Shown: positions 1-11,604, counted from the whole stretch's first letter. The stretch is 63,072 nt of DNA, filler included, from Reticulomyxa filosa (GCA_000512085.1; 20 parts of 20 records of this genome joined end to end with filler, not necessarily neighbours in it); one strand, 5' to 3'. Numbers and translations are program-made. Notes: generated from the letters alone by a model not told the origin.

Positions 1-59
1 AAATAAATATAATAAAAAAAAAAAAAAAAAATAAATATATATATATATATATGTATATG

Positions 60-795
60 TAAGATAAAGATGGATGCAACACATTACTTATGGACGCAGT
101 GAGTTGGGACGGTCTGGTGAGAAGACCCAGTTTATAAGCAGTTTGTGCGGCCACCAACGCGGGGTGATTGCTGTCTTTCATCGCGTTTCGTAGTATTTCA
201 ATCAGCTCGGGCTTGTAAATGCTGTGTTGTTTCCAGATGTTTAGTAGGCTTTCGATTCGAAGGCTCTGTTCTGGTGAGTAGCCGTGAAAACATAGCGGCA
301 ATATTTTGGGAAGGTATTGAGCAATCGTCTTTCTCCATTCGTCTAGGCCTTGATATAGCACCTCCATATTTGAATGATTATAACTCTGACTTTGATTTGC
401 GGATTCATCGTTATTTGTTGAATTATTATTATTATTATTAATAGTTGTGACATTATTGCTATTGTAACTATCATGACTGTGAATAGGATCATTGGGGTCA
501 TGTTTCATAGCTGTGGCGGCGCTAAAGGAGTGGTGATGTCGCAACGATGTTTCGTGGAGGATGTCATTCAAAACATAACAAATATACAGTTTTTTATTAA
601 AGTGCTCTTCCATCGGCGAACAGGTCGCACGTTGGATCATTTCGTAAATGCGCTGCACCATGCTGTGGATCACCGCCGAATTTCCACTCATCCCTTTCGA
701 AAGTATCCATTGGCTCGCATTCCCCAAACTCTCGTGCGTGCCATCCAAACTGTACAACATACGCTCTAAATACGACAAGTCCTCCGTCGATAGGT

Positions 796-836
<41 letters not shown>

Positions 837-1399
837 GTCGGCGTGGACATTGCCATTGCATGCGGCATTGAGAGGGAAGTCGGAATTGGGATTGAGAGTG
901 AAACCGATTGGGTTGACATTGGAGTTGTTATTATTGGAGCTGTGGCTATTGACGTTGACATTGACATGACGTGGACGTGGATGTCAACGTCGATGCCGAT
1001 GTTGATGCTGATGCTGATGCTGATGCTGATGCTGATGAGGAGGACGTTGCTGTCCCTGGTATGGACGAAGAGGACATGGCGTGGGAAATCGGATCATTCA
1101 CATCACTCGTATTGGAGTAATTCGGCGAAGAGGTCGAGAGAAGAGACGATTGTCTCGACTTCAGGTTTTGATGGATTATTTTTAATGTTTGCTTTTTCCA
1201 CAAATAATACATATTATCGTCGTTGTCTGGATGCAAAAATTGAAATGTTGGCTCATTTCCGTGGTTCTCCCGTAATTTACATTCAATATCCTGACCATTT
1301 TGGAGAGACGATCACTTTCTCTGCCACTTTATCTATTATCTCTTTTCACTTCTGGTCGTGGAATCTTTAAGGGGGTACTGATATACTTGTGTCGGACAT
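60..1399 (-). CDS. SURP (SWAP) + CID domain protein, CHERP-like splicing factor, 5' part; broken by homopolymer indels
   Basis: Manual translation, mostly absent from the ORF track. SURP: PRPEVKEIIDKVAEKVIVSPNGQDIECKLRENHGNEPTFQFLHPDNDDNMYYLWKK (about 1365-1190). Ser/Thr linker, then CID: LERMLYSLDGTHESLGNASQWIL...FNKKLYICYVLNDILH...RIESLLNIWKQHSIYKPELIEILRNAM (about 790-180). N-terminal SURP followed by CID is the CHERP architecture. Confidence 0.75.
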
Positions 1400-1479
1400 C
1401 TGTTAAAAGCCTTCAAAGTCCAAATATTTTTGAAGGAAATGATACAGAAATGTGTCAATGATCAAGATTTTTTTTTTTT

Positions 1480-1579
1480 NNNNNNNNNNNNNNNNNNNNN
1501 NNNNNNNNNNNNNNNNNNNNNNNTTAATTAATTAANNNNNNNNNNNNNNNNNNNNNNNNNNNNNNNNNNNNNNNNNNNN
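1480..1579. other. Artificial contig-joining linker (first of 19 identical copies)
   Basis: 44 N + TTAATTAATTAA (stops in all six frames) + 44 N. Other copies at 2686-2785, 3973-4072, 8030-8129, 9376-9475, 10588-10687, 12213-12312, 19831-19930, 21378-21477, 24272-24371, 29101-29200, 32719-32818, 34483-34582, 36609-36708, 42763-42862, 47720-47819, 49402-49501, 50652-50751, 56215-56314. Confidence 0.99.
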
Positions 1580-1639
1580 AAAAGATTGATCAGTTTATTT
1601 ACTTAAACAAACAAAATATAAATGTTACAATAAACACAC

Positions 1640-2640
1640 TTTTAAGTCCTTGCCAAGACAAGCTTGCCTTGCTTGATGAAATATATAACAACGTATAGTC
1701 CAAGGTTTCCAAGTCGTTTCTGCGGGCTTGTTCGTGTCCTAAAGTGCGTGCCGTTCCGGTGAGTGATTGCCCCTTCACGAACGGGGATATATGTTTGCCC
1801 GTCCCAAAATCAATCACATAAACCTTTTTTAATTATTTGAATATGCATACATATACATATACATATAATTACAAACAATATTTTTTTTAGCCAACTTTTA
1901 TCACAACCACAAGTTGCAGGTGTATATATATATATATATACATTTCTCCCCCTTTTTTTTTCTTTTGCCTGTAACACTGATAATGTTTTAAGTATACGTG
2001 TTTTTTTTGTTTTTTTTTTAAAAAAAGGGGCAAATGAACGCCTTTGAGGTTTTCCACTGTCAACAAACACGCCATGACGATATCGAAAGTACTTACCGGC
2101 TCATTTTTTTTTTTTTCAAAATCTGTTGTCATTATCATCGGCCCTTTCGACAGTTCCAAAATACCTCTCGCTTGGAGTATGTCGCGGTCTTGACGCATAC
2201 TCAACCGTCGATGTAACGTATCCGTCACTAATCGGATTCTCTCCACTGTTGGGGGTTCTATGTGAGAGAGTCCTTTTTTTTTTTTGATAAGAGATCAGAG
2301 TCTTTAATTAATAAATAAATTATATTTGCTAATCCGATCCTCCCCCCCCCTCCCCTTCTCCACTTATGCAAGTTAAAGATTTACATGCTTTGATAATGAA
2401 TCATCGAATTGATTGTGTTGTACACCTACATGTGGTTTTACCATCTATTTTCTTATGTTTGGTATCAAACATTTCTCCCATTGATGATAATGCCGAAAAA
2501 GAGGAACTTCTTTCTTTTTCGGCAACTGTCTTAGTCTTGCAGAGGAGTGCATTGGAGAAGGAATCCTCGAAAGCGAGATTCAGGTTGTATAGCTTTGGCT
2601 TGTTAGGCTGTTTGAAGATAGAAGAATCAAACCACATTAT
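1640..2640 (-). pseudogene. Decayed casein kinase 1 family gene
   Basis: 1817-1640 reads [44 protein letters not shown]...LSWQGLK, matching CK1 IIDFGLAK...[31 protein letters not shown]...LPWQGLK but with LAKKY and YASIN deleted. Upstream parts are barely recognisable, so the 5' limit is uncertain. Confidence 0.7.
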
Positions 2641-3547
2641 ATAATGTTCAAGAGAACTTTTTCTAAAAAGGGAAAACTTTTTCTCNNNNNNNNNNNNNNN
2701 NNNNNNNNNNNNNNNNNNNNNNNNNNNNNTTAATTAATTAANNNNNNNNNNNNNNNNNNNNNNNNNNNNNNNNNNNNNNNNNNNNCTTTATTGTGTTTAT
2801 TTCTTGTTTTTTTTCTTTTTGGATTGGAAACTCGATACAACAATATGAAAGCGCTTTACCAAGACAAAGGCGTTCCACGAGTGGGAACGTGCACGAGTTT
2901 GATCAAACAATAGCTTCACAATCTCTGCTCGTTGTGCATCATTCATCTCACAATAGTCTTATGCAACATGCACAAAAAAAAAAAGCTATCTTTGAAACAA
3001 CAAAAAAAGTTGTTTTTTTTGTTTTGCCTGTTTTGAGATGTCTTCATATATTTTTTAATTACTATTTTTATTATTTTGAACATCCTTTTAGCCTTCATTT
3101 TTTTATTTTTACAGTAACTTGCAGACAGGAAGTTAAATTCAATAAGCTTCTTCCAAGTATTTCACTTTTTTTATTTTTTTTATTGCTTGCTTGTTGTGTT
3201 CATTTTTTTTTGATTCGGTACCGCGTTTATAGCATTTTTTTGTTGTACATACCTTTGTCTTCCCAGTTTATTGTTCGGAATGAAAAAAGTTTATTATCTT
3301 GGTTTCAATTATTTTTGCATCCACATACGAACAAATGCAACACCAAAAAGCCTTTCACTGCATGCCACTTTTCGAGTTTATGTTTGTCAATGCGAGTATG
3401 TTGCTAAGACAAAATATGTGCAGTTTGGAGAGAAAAAAAGGGTGGTTGTGTTACACATGAGGACAGGAGATATTTTTATAACTAAAAAAAAACTTTAATA
3501 TATCACTAATAATCACTTGAAAATAGCATTGAAATAAGTATTGTTCA

Positions 3548-3897
3548 ATGGGTAATGCAAATGGCTCATCAAATCATGTGACTGGCGTGTATGCCATGTC
3601 AGGTTTTCAGCGTACAGCCCTTCAGCGACTGTTTAGTCTGGGAGTGAACCCAGATTTATGTTTGTTACCGTTTCAAATGCCGCGTATGCAAGAAGACGCG
3701 CCGCCAACAGCAAGAGAGCGAAAAACAGTGCGAGTGAAGAACATATGTCACGTGGACAAAGCGTCAGTCCGACTTGACCCATTGGACAATAGTCAATATC
3801 GATTGAGTTTCACGTATTCGTGCGCGAAAGGCGTATATGTGACAATTTATAATTTTGCGACAGAGTTGACAAATGCGAATCACTGCACGATCAAGTT
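3548..3897 (+). CDS. MGRN1/RNF157/LOG2-family RING E3 ligase, first exon (RING not in contig)
   Basis: MG start (possible myristoylation); KTVRVKNICHVDKASVRLDP...YRLSFTYSC...VTIYNFATE resembles LOG2 KAVTIRNDVNLKKESLRLEPD...FLVSFTFDA...ISVIFFAKE. Ends at a (GT)n intron and contig break. Confidence 0.7.
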
Positions 3898-4699
3898 TGT
3901 GTGTGTGTGTGTGTGTGTATGTATGTGTGTATGTATGTATGTATGTATATGTGTGTGGTGATGTACACAATGNNNNNNNNNNNNNNNNNNNNNNNNNNNN
4001 NNNNNNNNNNNNNNNNTTAATTAATTAANNNNNNNNNNNNNNNNNNNNNNNNNNNNNNNNNNNNNNNNNNNNTTTGCGTTTTTTGTTGCAATTCATTTTG
4101 GGATGTTATCGTCTGCTCAGTATATAGTGTGTTGCCTTAAGAGGCAAATAACAGTTTTTGTTTGGCAGAACTTCGATGGTCGGATAATTTCTACTGAATC
4201 TCGGGCAAAACCGAAACCCACTCAATTATAACAAGATGTTTTTACCATAATCGGGTCTACTGCAAGCTATATTGGGACAAAATACTCCACTTGGATCAAG
4301 AATCCAACCTAATGGTAAGTCAGACATGTCAACTACACTTCCGGACATGTCTGCCACTGGTGAACTATCAAATGCCAGTATGCTGGTGGCATTGGAAATG
4401 GACATGGAGTTGGAAATCTTCAACATTCCAAGTTGTATTAAATAGCTCAAGCATACAAAACGAAGAAAAAAATATTGAAGTCACATTTGAAAATGTATGA
4501 AAGAAAAACAGCAAGTTCGACGATAATTTCTGTGTATAATACTCCAACGATTATCCAAATAAAAATGCGTCGCATATATTTTCCGGAAATCTCAGGACAT
4601 TATTTGTTCATTTTGCAATTGATGTTAATGAGCAGAAGCTAATTCAACTAGTTCATAACTCCAATGATGACAAGAATGGAGCAAAGATATGACATTTAT

Positions 4700-5880
4700 C
4701 GTAAGACATTTGCTGCTGAATAAAAGAAAAAGCGTGCAGAAGCATTGACTGGAAAGGACAAAGAATTGCAATGTGTAGAATTCTTGGTGTAATGAACCAG
4801 ACTGCTTATGACACAATCAATTTTATTTCCCAACTTCATCCTCTTGAATTACGATGAAGACAAGAAGAGGTGAAGCTTTATCACAAATGTATCAGATGGT
4901 CAGGTCGATTCAATGGTCATAATCTTGTGTTGGCATACAAGATATGTAATGAATCAAGACCAAAGACTAATTTAAATTATATATCATGGATTGGTAATTA
5001 TCGACATTATCCCGTGGATGTATCAATGAAGCTGATACTGAAATGCCGATAGTTGAACCAGATTCACATCCAATACCAAATATTCCACCAATGCAAATTG
5101 CAATGATGCCACAACCAAATAAATCACCATTTGCGATCTTCAATGGACCAACATCAGATGAAATTTTGTCATCATCGGGTTTCGATTGCACTGTGATATT
5201 TTGTTATGGAAGTACGTTCCCGAATCCTGGAATTGGAGGAGCAGGACTTGTCATTCAGGATCCATATTTACCGCAATGGCTGGAGTAATCATTATAGATC
5301 ACATTGTGGAAGAGTGATTATTCTCACTGATGCAAGTTCGTGATTAATTCGATATTCAACAAATGGGATTCTGATATCTATAAATTGCCAATTATGGATT
5401 GCCAGAGATATTGAGATCATTTAATGAAGATAATGCTCCAGAGATATATTGGATTAAAGGTCATTCTGGTATTCCTGGAAATGATAAAGTGGATCTTGTT
5501 GCAAATAATGCTCGCAATTGCAACTAGATTTGACTCAACAGCATAAATCAACAGCATTCCTGAATAATCATAGATTGAATCCCTTATTTACAGAGCAATG
5601 GAATAGACATTTGATTTGTGAAAGTATCGATAATCCAAGACATACAACGCCACGATATTTCATATCTAACCTGATGGAGGCTCAATCATTTGAAAAGATT
5701 GTATTTATTGAATTTTAGTAAACGCAAGATTATTTGTCGATTGATTACAGGCAAAGTTGGATTAAATAATTATTTGTTCAACATCCAAAGATCAGATTAT
5801 ACTGAAAAAAAAAATAGACACCTTCATCATCATTTTCAACTTGCTGAAAAGTTGTTTTTGGAAGGGAATTGAAGTTGGAC
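4700..5880 (+). mobile_element. Degenerate non-LTR retrotransposon ORF2 3' part (post-RT region + RNase H + C-terminus)
   Basis: QRIAMCRILGVMNQTAYD...LELR.RQEEVKLY (post-RT region); IFCYGSTFPNPGIGGAGLVI (RNase H first strand, DGS changed to YGS); IYWIKGHSGIPGNDKVDLVA (RNase H end); ICRLITGKVGLNNYLF (typical LINE C-terminal motif). Stops and frameshifts throughout. Confidence 0.85.
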
Positions 5881-6149
5881 AAGTCAAGCATCTTTCAAGT
5901 TTTGAAGTTAATTTTGAAATTAGGTATTTGAGGAATTTTCCTGAAGAAAAGTTATTTTATTTGGGAATTTTTTTTTTGATAAATTAATTTGAATATTTAT
6001 TGGAAACCCTTGAAAGGCCAATCACTTGGAGATTAAGATTAAGGCGCGATCAGCCAGGACGCAAAAAAAGCGATCCAAAGTTTTTTTTGATGAATTGCGA
6101 CGTCCCCTTGCAAAAATTTTTGATCGAATATCAAGATTTTTGATATAAA

Positions 6150-7214
6150 ATGACATCACTTCCAAGCGAACCAAGAAGAAAAATGCAAACAACAGCGAAA
6201 GAAAATAATAGTTTAAAGGGTTATGGAAGATCAAAGCCTAGTGGTAAATCGATTGGCGATTCATTATTATCATTGCCTAATCAAATTAATGATAATATGC
6301 AGTCGCATAGTCAAAGTGCAAGATCAGTCAATCATTCGATTAATAACGATGAAATAATGATTGACATGAAAATATATGGAAGGAAAGCAAGAACACAAGA
6401 AAAGATTATTTCTACAAGACAAGTCCAACATTGGTGTTTACAAATGTGAATGAAAAAGAATTGGTGTCACAGACATCAATTCTGAAATTTATTGGAGTAA
6501 AAGAGAAGGCATTTGTGAAGAAATTGAAAGCCACAAGTTTTCACAATCATGGAAAACGTTGTTTGTGCATTTTCAAAGCCAAGTGAAAATTGAAGAATTG
6601 CAATCAATCGCAGAACAGCTCAATTCAAGACAGCAATCCAAGTCACAAGAATTGGACAATGACGGCGTCCAAGATAACATTTTTTCAGTGCAGAAAGTGT
6701 TTCAAGTTGAATCACTTTGCGAAGGACTGCAAGAACTCAAAAATATGCAAGTATTGTGGAAAAAGAAATTACACATCTAAAAAATGCAATCATAGAAATA
6801 ATCTAAGATTTCAGAAATGTGTGTTATGCAAAGGACAACATGCAAGTAATTCAATATTGTGTCATGTGATCCAAAAACAAGAAATGCGATTGGTGTGAAC
6901 TTATCTCGAAGAGAAAAGAAATTTGTAGAGAAAAAGGAGTAAAAATCCAAAAGACTTCAAAGAAAAGTCCAAAGTTCCAAATTGCAAGGCCAAAGAACAA
7001 AAATCAAGCAAATGAACAAGTGAATGGCAATGGACGTAGATATTCGTACACACAGAACAAAGATCAATCAGAAAAAATTAAACAATTAAAGGATCAAATT
7101 GCATTATTACAAGCAACAGTTCAACAATTATCATCGATAGTCCAAGCATTTGTTCCATCATTCAACAAACAAATGGATCAAGAGGATAACACAGATATGG
7201 AAGATGATCAATGA
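6150..7214 (+). mobile_element. Non-LTR retrotransposon ORF1 (gag-like) with three zinc knuckles, frameshifted
   Basis: QCRKCFKLNHFAKDC, ICKYCGKRNYTSKKC, KCVLCKGQHASNSILC form the triple CCHC-type knuckle of I/Jockey/R1-type LINE ORF1. A C-terminal coiled coil (IKQLKDQIALLQATVQQL) follows; the stop TGA overlaps an ATG at 7211. Confidence 0.85.
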
Positions 7215-7335
7215 ATGAATTGATTATTTTCCAAAATAACATCAACTCTGGAGCAGAATATCCACGCAGTTCAACCAATTACAACAATGATCGGCAGTGA
7301 AATCGAAGCAATTCGACAAGCATTGGAAAAAGTTC
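7211..7335 (+). mobile_element. Internally deleted LINE ORF2 remnant (endonuclease start joined to RNase H helix)
   Basis: MNELIIFQNNI resembles the start of an APE endonuclease. It is immediately followed, in another frame, by LEQNIHAVQPITTMIGSEIEAIRQALE, the RNase H catalytic-Glu helix. Confidence 0.55.
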
Positions 7336-7339
7336 ATTC

Positions 7340-8029
7340 GAAAGGTGATTTAGGATATTGATCTGGCTGCAAATCTGAAATACCAACTTCAGCTGAGTGA
7401 ATGTATGCTCTGGACAGAGTTGATAGTTTTCCTCTCCAACTTATCTTTACATCACTTTCGATATCGTGATTGCTTCTCTACAATTGATACGCCATCTGGA
7501 AATTACTCCATCGAATAAACTTGTGATAAAGTTTCACTTCTTCTTGTCTTCGTAATTCCAATGGTGGAGTCTGTGAAATTACATTCACTATGTCATACGC
7601 TGTCGATTTCATAACACCAAGGATTCTGCGAATCCTTTCCAGCCTCTTCTGTGCGATTCTGCAGCTCCGTTCCAAAATGCGCAAGCATACTCCAAGGATG
7701 ACCTGATAATTGTAGTATACAATAAGTTATACACTGATAAACTTGGACGAATCCCTTTGTACGAACACAGGAATGTTAAATATCCAAGTTTCTTTGATGC
7801 TTTGCCATAAACGTAATTAATGTGATTCTGGAATATCATTTGCTGTCCATTTAATTTTAATTTCATCTTTGGATATTTCCCTTTGTTTTTCATCTTGAAC
7901 GTGATGGAGCCAATAACATTTTCCATTTTGATGCACATAAACTCATATTTTCCAAACTCTTTTGTAATTTAATTGCCATTCCACTAGTTCATCGACTTGA
8001 ATTGAGAAAATAACTGTCTTGTATTTTCT
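7340..8029 (-). mobile_element. Inverted degenerate LINE ORF2 fragment (RT C-terminal/thumb region)
   Basis: FQNHINYVYGKASKKLGYL...LYTTIIRSSLEYACAFWNG...RILGVMKSTAYD...PPLELRRQEEVKLY carries the conserved non-LTR RT motif LY..IRS.LEY...W. Homologous to 4740-5130 on the other strand. Confidence 0.85.
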
Positions 8030-8177
8030 NNNNNNNNNNNNNNNNNNNNNNNNNNNNNNNNNNNNNNNNNNNNTTAATTAATTAANNNNNNNNNNNNNNN
8101 NNNNNNNNNNNNNNNNNNNNNNNNNNNNNAAAAAAAAAAAAAAAATAAGAATAAGAATAAGATACGATCCATTGCGC

Positions 8178-8816
8178 CTAATTTGTCATTCCGACATTAA
8201 ACACAGCCAGGCAAAGTGATTGCCAATCATTATCATCCTTGTGTTGTTCGCATCTCAATTGAATTTTCTGCAATGCTTTTCTTTCATTGGAACGAGGTGC
8301 AAAGTATCCAGAAAATCCTGTTTGAATTTTATTGTGAAATAGAAGACAAAGAGAAGAAAGAGAGAGGGGGAGGGAAGGAATTGAGTTTGCACGCCTGTAA
8401 ACAACAAAGCCAACCTACTCTCATTAAAGAAAGCAACAACTAACCGAGCTTGGACAAGCTTTCATTCCACAAATGAACCGTTTTTTCAAATTCAAGACGA
8501 CTTTCTTGAGGATTGTTCATGTGTTCGAGAATGACACCTTTTTGATAATGTGTGTATGCGCTATTAGGATGATGCGTGTGCAGCATGCTATCAATAATTT
8601 GTAAAGCATCGTTCCACTTCTTTTGTTGCATATAAATTTGGATTTGCAAGTGCAATGACTTCGTGTCACCAGGTTTGAGTTCTAATATATCTTTTAAATT
8701 CTTTTCACATGCTTCAGTATCACCTATTTTTAACAAAAAAAAAAAATTCTTACTTTTACGTTTGTTATTATTACAATAAAAAAAGGTGAACTTTCTCGGA
8801 TCCTTTTTTTTTTAAT

Positions 8817-8848
<32 letters not shown>

Positions 8849-9340
8849 GATACAAGTAAAAAGACACCGATGTGGAATTGCGCCAAAGCTAATTGATATT
8901 TGACGTGTGTGTCAAGTGGTTCTAATTCCAAAGCTTTCAACAAATGTCTTTCGGCCAGTTCGTACTCTTGACACAGCATGGCCAGACGACCACACTCGAC
9001 GTGGGGCTGCGTGGCATTGGGAGTGAGCGTGCACAACTTGGACATGCGGTGCAATGCGTCTTCGTACCGATGCAGCTTTTCGTAGGACAGTTGCAAGCGA
9101 TAGTACACTTCCGAAAGGTCAATCGGTTGCACTGTGCAATACGTCAACAAGTTGCTATCAATGATCTTTTCCAAGCACTCGGCAGCTTCGGCGTAATCAC
9201 TTTCATCCATCGCATGTTTCAAGTCCAACAATGCAAGCAAGTCAAGGCTTCAGGCATTGGGCCCAATGGATTGACTTTGCCACCGGTCATTTCAATCAAT
9301 TCACGTGTCTGTTCTTTTGCTTCTTCAACTTCTATACAAT
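8178..9340 (-). CDS. TPR-repeat protein, 3' part (about 3 exons)
   Basis: TPR consensus repeats: YEDALHRMSKLCTLTPNATQPHVECGRLAM, YELAERHLLKALELEPLDTHVKYQLALAQ, WNDALQIID...PNSAYTHYQKGVIL, ESRLEFEKTV. GT-AG introns at about 8868-8725 and 8460-8320. Confidence 0.85.
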
Positions 9341-9514
9341 AATAAATAAATAAATGAATATACATATATATATTTNNNNNNNNNNNNNNNNNNNNNNNNN
9401 NNNNNNNNNNNNNNNNNNNTTAATTAATTAANNNNNNNNNNNNNNNNNNNNNNNNNNNNNNNNNNNNNNNNNNNNTTTTTTTTTTTTTTTTTTAAAGAAA
9501 AAGAGAAAACGTAC

Positions 9515-10492
9515 ACGAGGTCCATAGGCCACAATCTTCATCAACGCCTCCAGAGCAAAGGCGGCAACGAAAATAATATCAAAGATGGACAAAACGAAAG
9601 TGAGTTGGGCGCTCTGCTGGTAATGTTCGCACGCCATAGTGATCACGTTGCAAATGATAAGTGTTATGATCATTTGTTCAAATTTATCGTGTTCGACGAC
9701 CAGGAAGCACAGCTTCCGGATTTTGTGCTTGGGTGGCGTCGACGTTCTTTGAAGTGCGATTCTCCGCAGCAGGCTGTTGTTTTTCACCCACTCGCGCTGC
9801 GCATCAGTCTGGAATGCACTGCCGTCTTTTTCGGATTTGATGCGGTTGAAGTTGTCGACGAGGATGGACACGATCAAGTTTAAGCTGAAGAACGAGCACA
9901 AAATGATGACAATGATAAAATAGAGCGCAGAAACGGGGTGATGATCGAACTTGGGCGGCCGATCCTTGCCGGAACTATCCACAGCTTCGAACATGATTTC
10001 ATTCCAATTGGATCTCGTGGCGAGGATGAACAAGGTATGTAAGGCTTGAAACACGTTATCGAAATTGAAGGTGGTGGCGCGCCAATGTAAATGTTGCGCC
10101 AAACATTCTTGCTTGTTATACGTAATGGCAATCTCCGGCGCGACGGAACTCGAGGACGGAGGCATGCAAACATTAAATCGATCCGACCACCAACCCATTC
10201 CCATTATCGCTAATACAAACCAAAACAATATGCAAAAGGCCATTGTTGTTAGCATCGCCGGAATGGCACGCATCAAGGCGCCAAGCACCACTTTGATCTG
10301 GTCGATTCGCACCATTATGCGAAATGGACGAAACGCTCGCAAACTTCGCAGAAACGATATTTGCGGAAATCCCACGCCAATGACCGCCAAACACACCACC
10401 AGCGCATCCAAGCGATTCCAATTGCTTGCCAAGTATGCGTTGTGGTGATAATCGCTCATGTCGAAAGAGGTGCATACTTCTCTCAATAAACT
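9515..10492 (-). CDS. Four-domain voltage-gated Na+/Ca2+ channel alpha subunit, exon covering DIII S3-S6 and DIV S1-S2
   Basis: WNRLDALVV (S3); FLRSLRAFRPFRIMVR (S4); NFDNVFQALHTLFILATRSNWNEIMFEAVD (pore); FFSLNLIVSILVDNFNRIK (S6); III-IV linker GSAFQTDAQREW; KFEQMIITLIICNVITMACEHY (DIV S1). Confidence 0.95.
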
Positions 10493-10548
10493 ATCCAATT
10501 TGTTGTTTGTTGCTGTTTTGTCGGTTTGTTTCTTTTGGTTTGTTTGAC

Positions 10549-10587
<39 letters not shown>

Positions 10588-10737
10588 NNNNNNNNNNNNN
10601 NNNNNNNNNNNNNNNNNNNNNNNNNNNNNNNTTAATTAATTAANNNNNNNNNNNNNNNNNNNNNNNNNNNNNNNNNNNNNNNNNNNNATTTCTATTGAAT
10701 TTAAAAGAAAACATAAAATAATTCTAACATAATTAAG

Positions 10738-11604
10738 CTGACTGCTTGGATGCCATTCGCTTCATTGAAATTAGACAAAAGATTTCAAAGGACAAAAATG
10801 AAAAGGTGGCCAGAATGTCTAAGTTTTTGAAACAAATTGAGTTATTCAGTTACGTTGTCCATTGTTATTATCATATCTTATAAAACAATTGTATACATAT
10901 GCATATAAAATTTGTTTAAAAAAAAAATAATGAACCAATTGCTCGATTAGAAAATTATGACGAACATGATATCAATCGCGCAAGCTATCACACCTCGCAG
11001 CTATAAACGAGGGGACATAATCGTCGAAGATGGCGAGGAATCCAAAGAATTTTTCATCATTCGTAAAGGTGTGGCAGAGGTGAGGAAAGACGAAAAGACT
11101 GTGGGAGATACAAACGTTTGAAAAGCATTTGAAAGATGGAGACTTCTTTGGAGAGCGATGCATACTCCTAAACACGAAGCGAACATCTACCATTGTCGCC
11201 ATTGCATCTACGCGCTGCTATGTCATCCAAGCCGCCGACTTTAGAAACCTGATGGAAGTGCCATTGAAGCAAGAATTGGGCGAGCAAATCAAGGAATACG
11301 AACAACTCAATTTCTATCTATCCACTACTATCACTACTATCACTAACAATAATAACAAGGACGATAATGATAATAATGTCGACAATAACAACAACACCAA
11401 TGGTAATTCGAATAAGAATAACAATAACAAAGACAATGACATGGACATAGATGCGGACAAAGAAAACTTGAATAACAGCACTGTCAATATTTGTACAGTA
11501 ACCAATCCGCCCCATCCAAAAAAGCCCTTTTTGAGCCAATTGCAATGTAAAAGTTGGATGAATTTGAAAACATTTGTATCTTGGGCGTCAGCAGTTTTGG
11601 ACGG
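10738..11604 (+). CDS. cGMP-dependent protein kinase-like fragment (cNMP domains + start of kinase); frameshifted, possibly a pseudogene
   Basis: End of one cNMP domain (LDAIRFIEI...FLKQIELF), a full cNMP domain (YKRGDIIVEDGEESKEFFIIRKG...LKDGDFFGERCILLNTKRTSTIVA), an Asn-rich linker, then KLDEFENICILGVSSFGRV (kinase subdomain I). At least two frameshifts. Confidence 0.7.

Noticed and set aside
648-1370. 240-aa plus-strand ORF with poly-Val and ML repeats (likewise 51257-52012 and 52902-53651 on minus)
   Set aside because: Antisense shadows of real genes on the opposite strand, kept open by microsatellite codons.
940-1400. Programmed frameshifting or insertional RNA editing to explain broken ORFs (also about 11550, 22230-22280, 51125)
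   Set aside because: Shifts fall mostly in homopolymer runs, often near contig ends, as expected for pyrosequencing-type errors; PP1, HSPA12 and Cdc123-like genes are clean.
1524-1535. Recurring palindromic TTAATTAATTAA as a biological repeat, CRISPR-like unit or elimination signal
   Set aside because: Always centred in exactly 88 Ns; it is a six-frame-stop linker for concatenating contigs.
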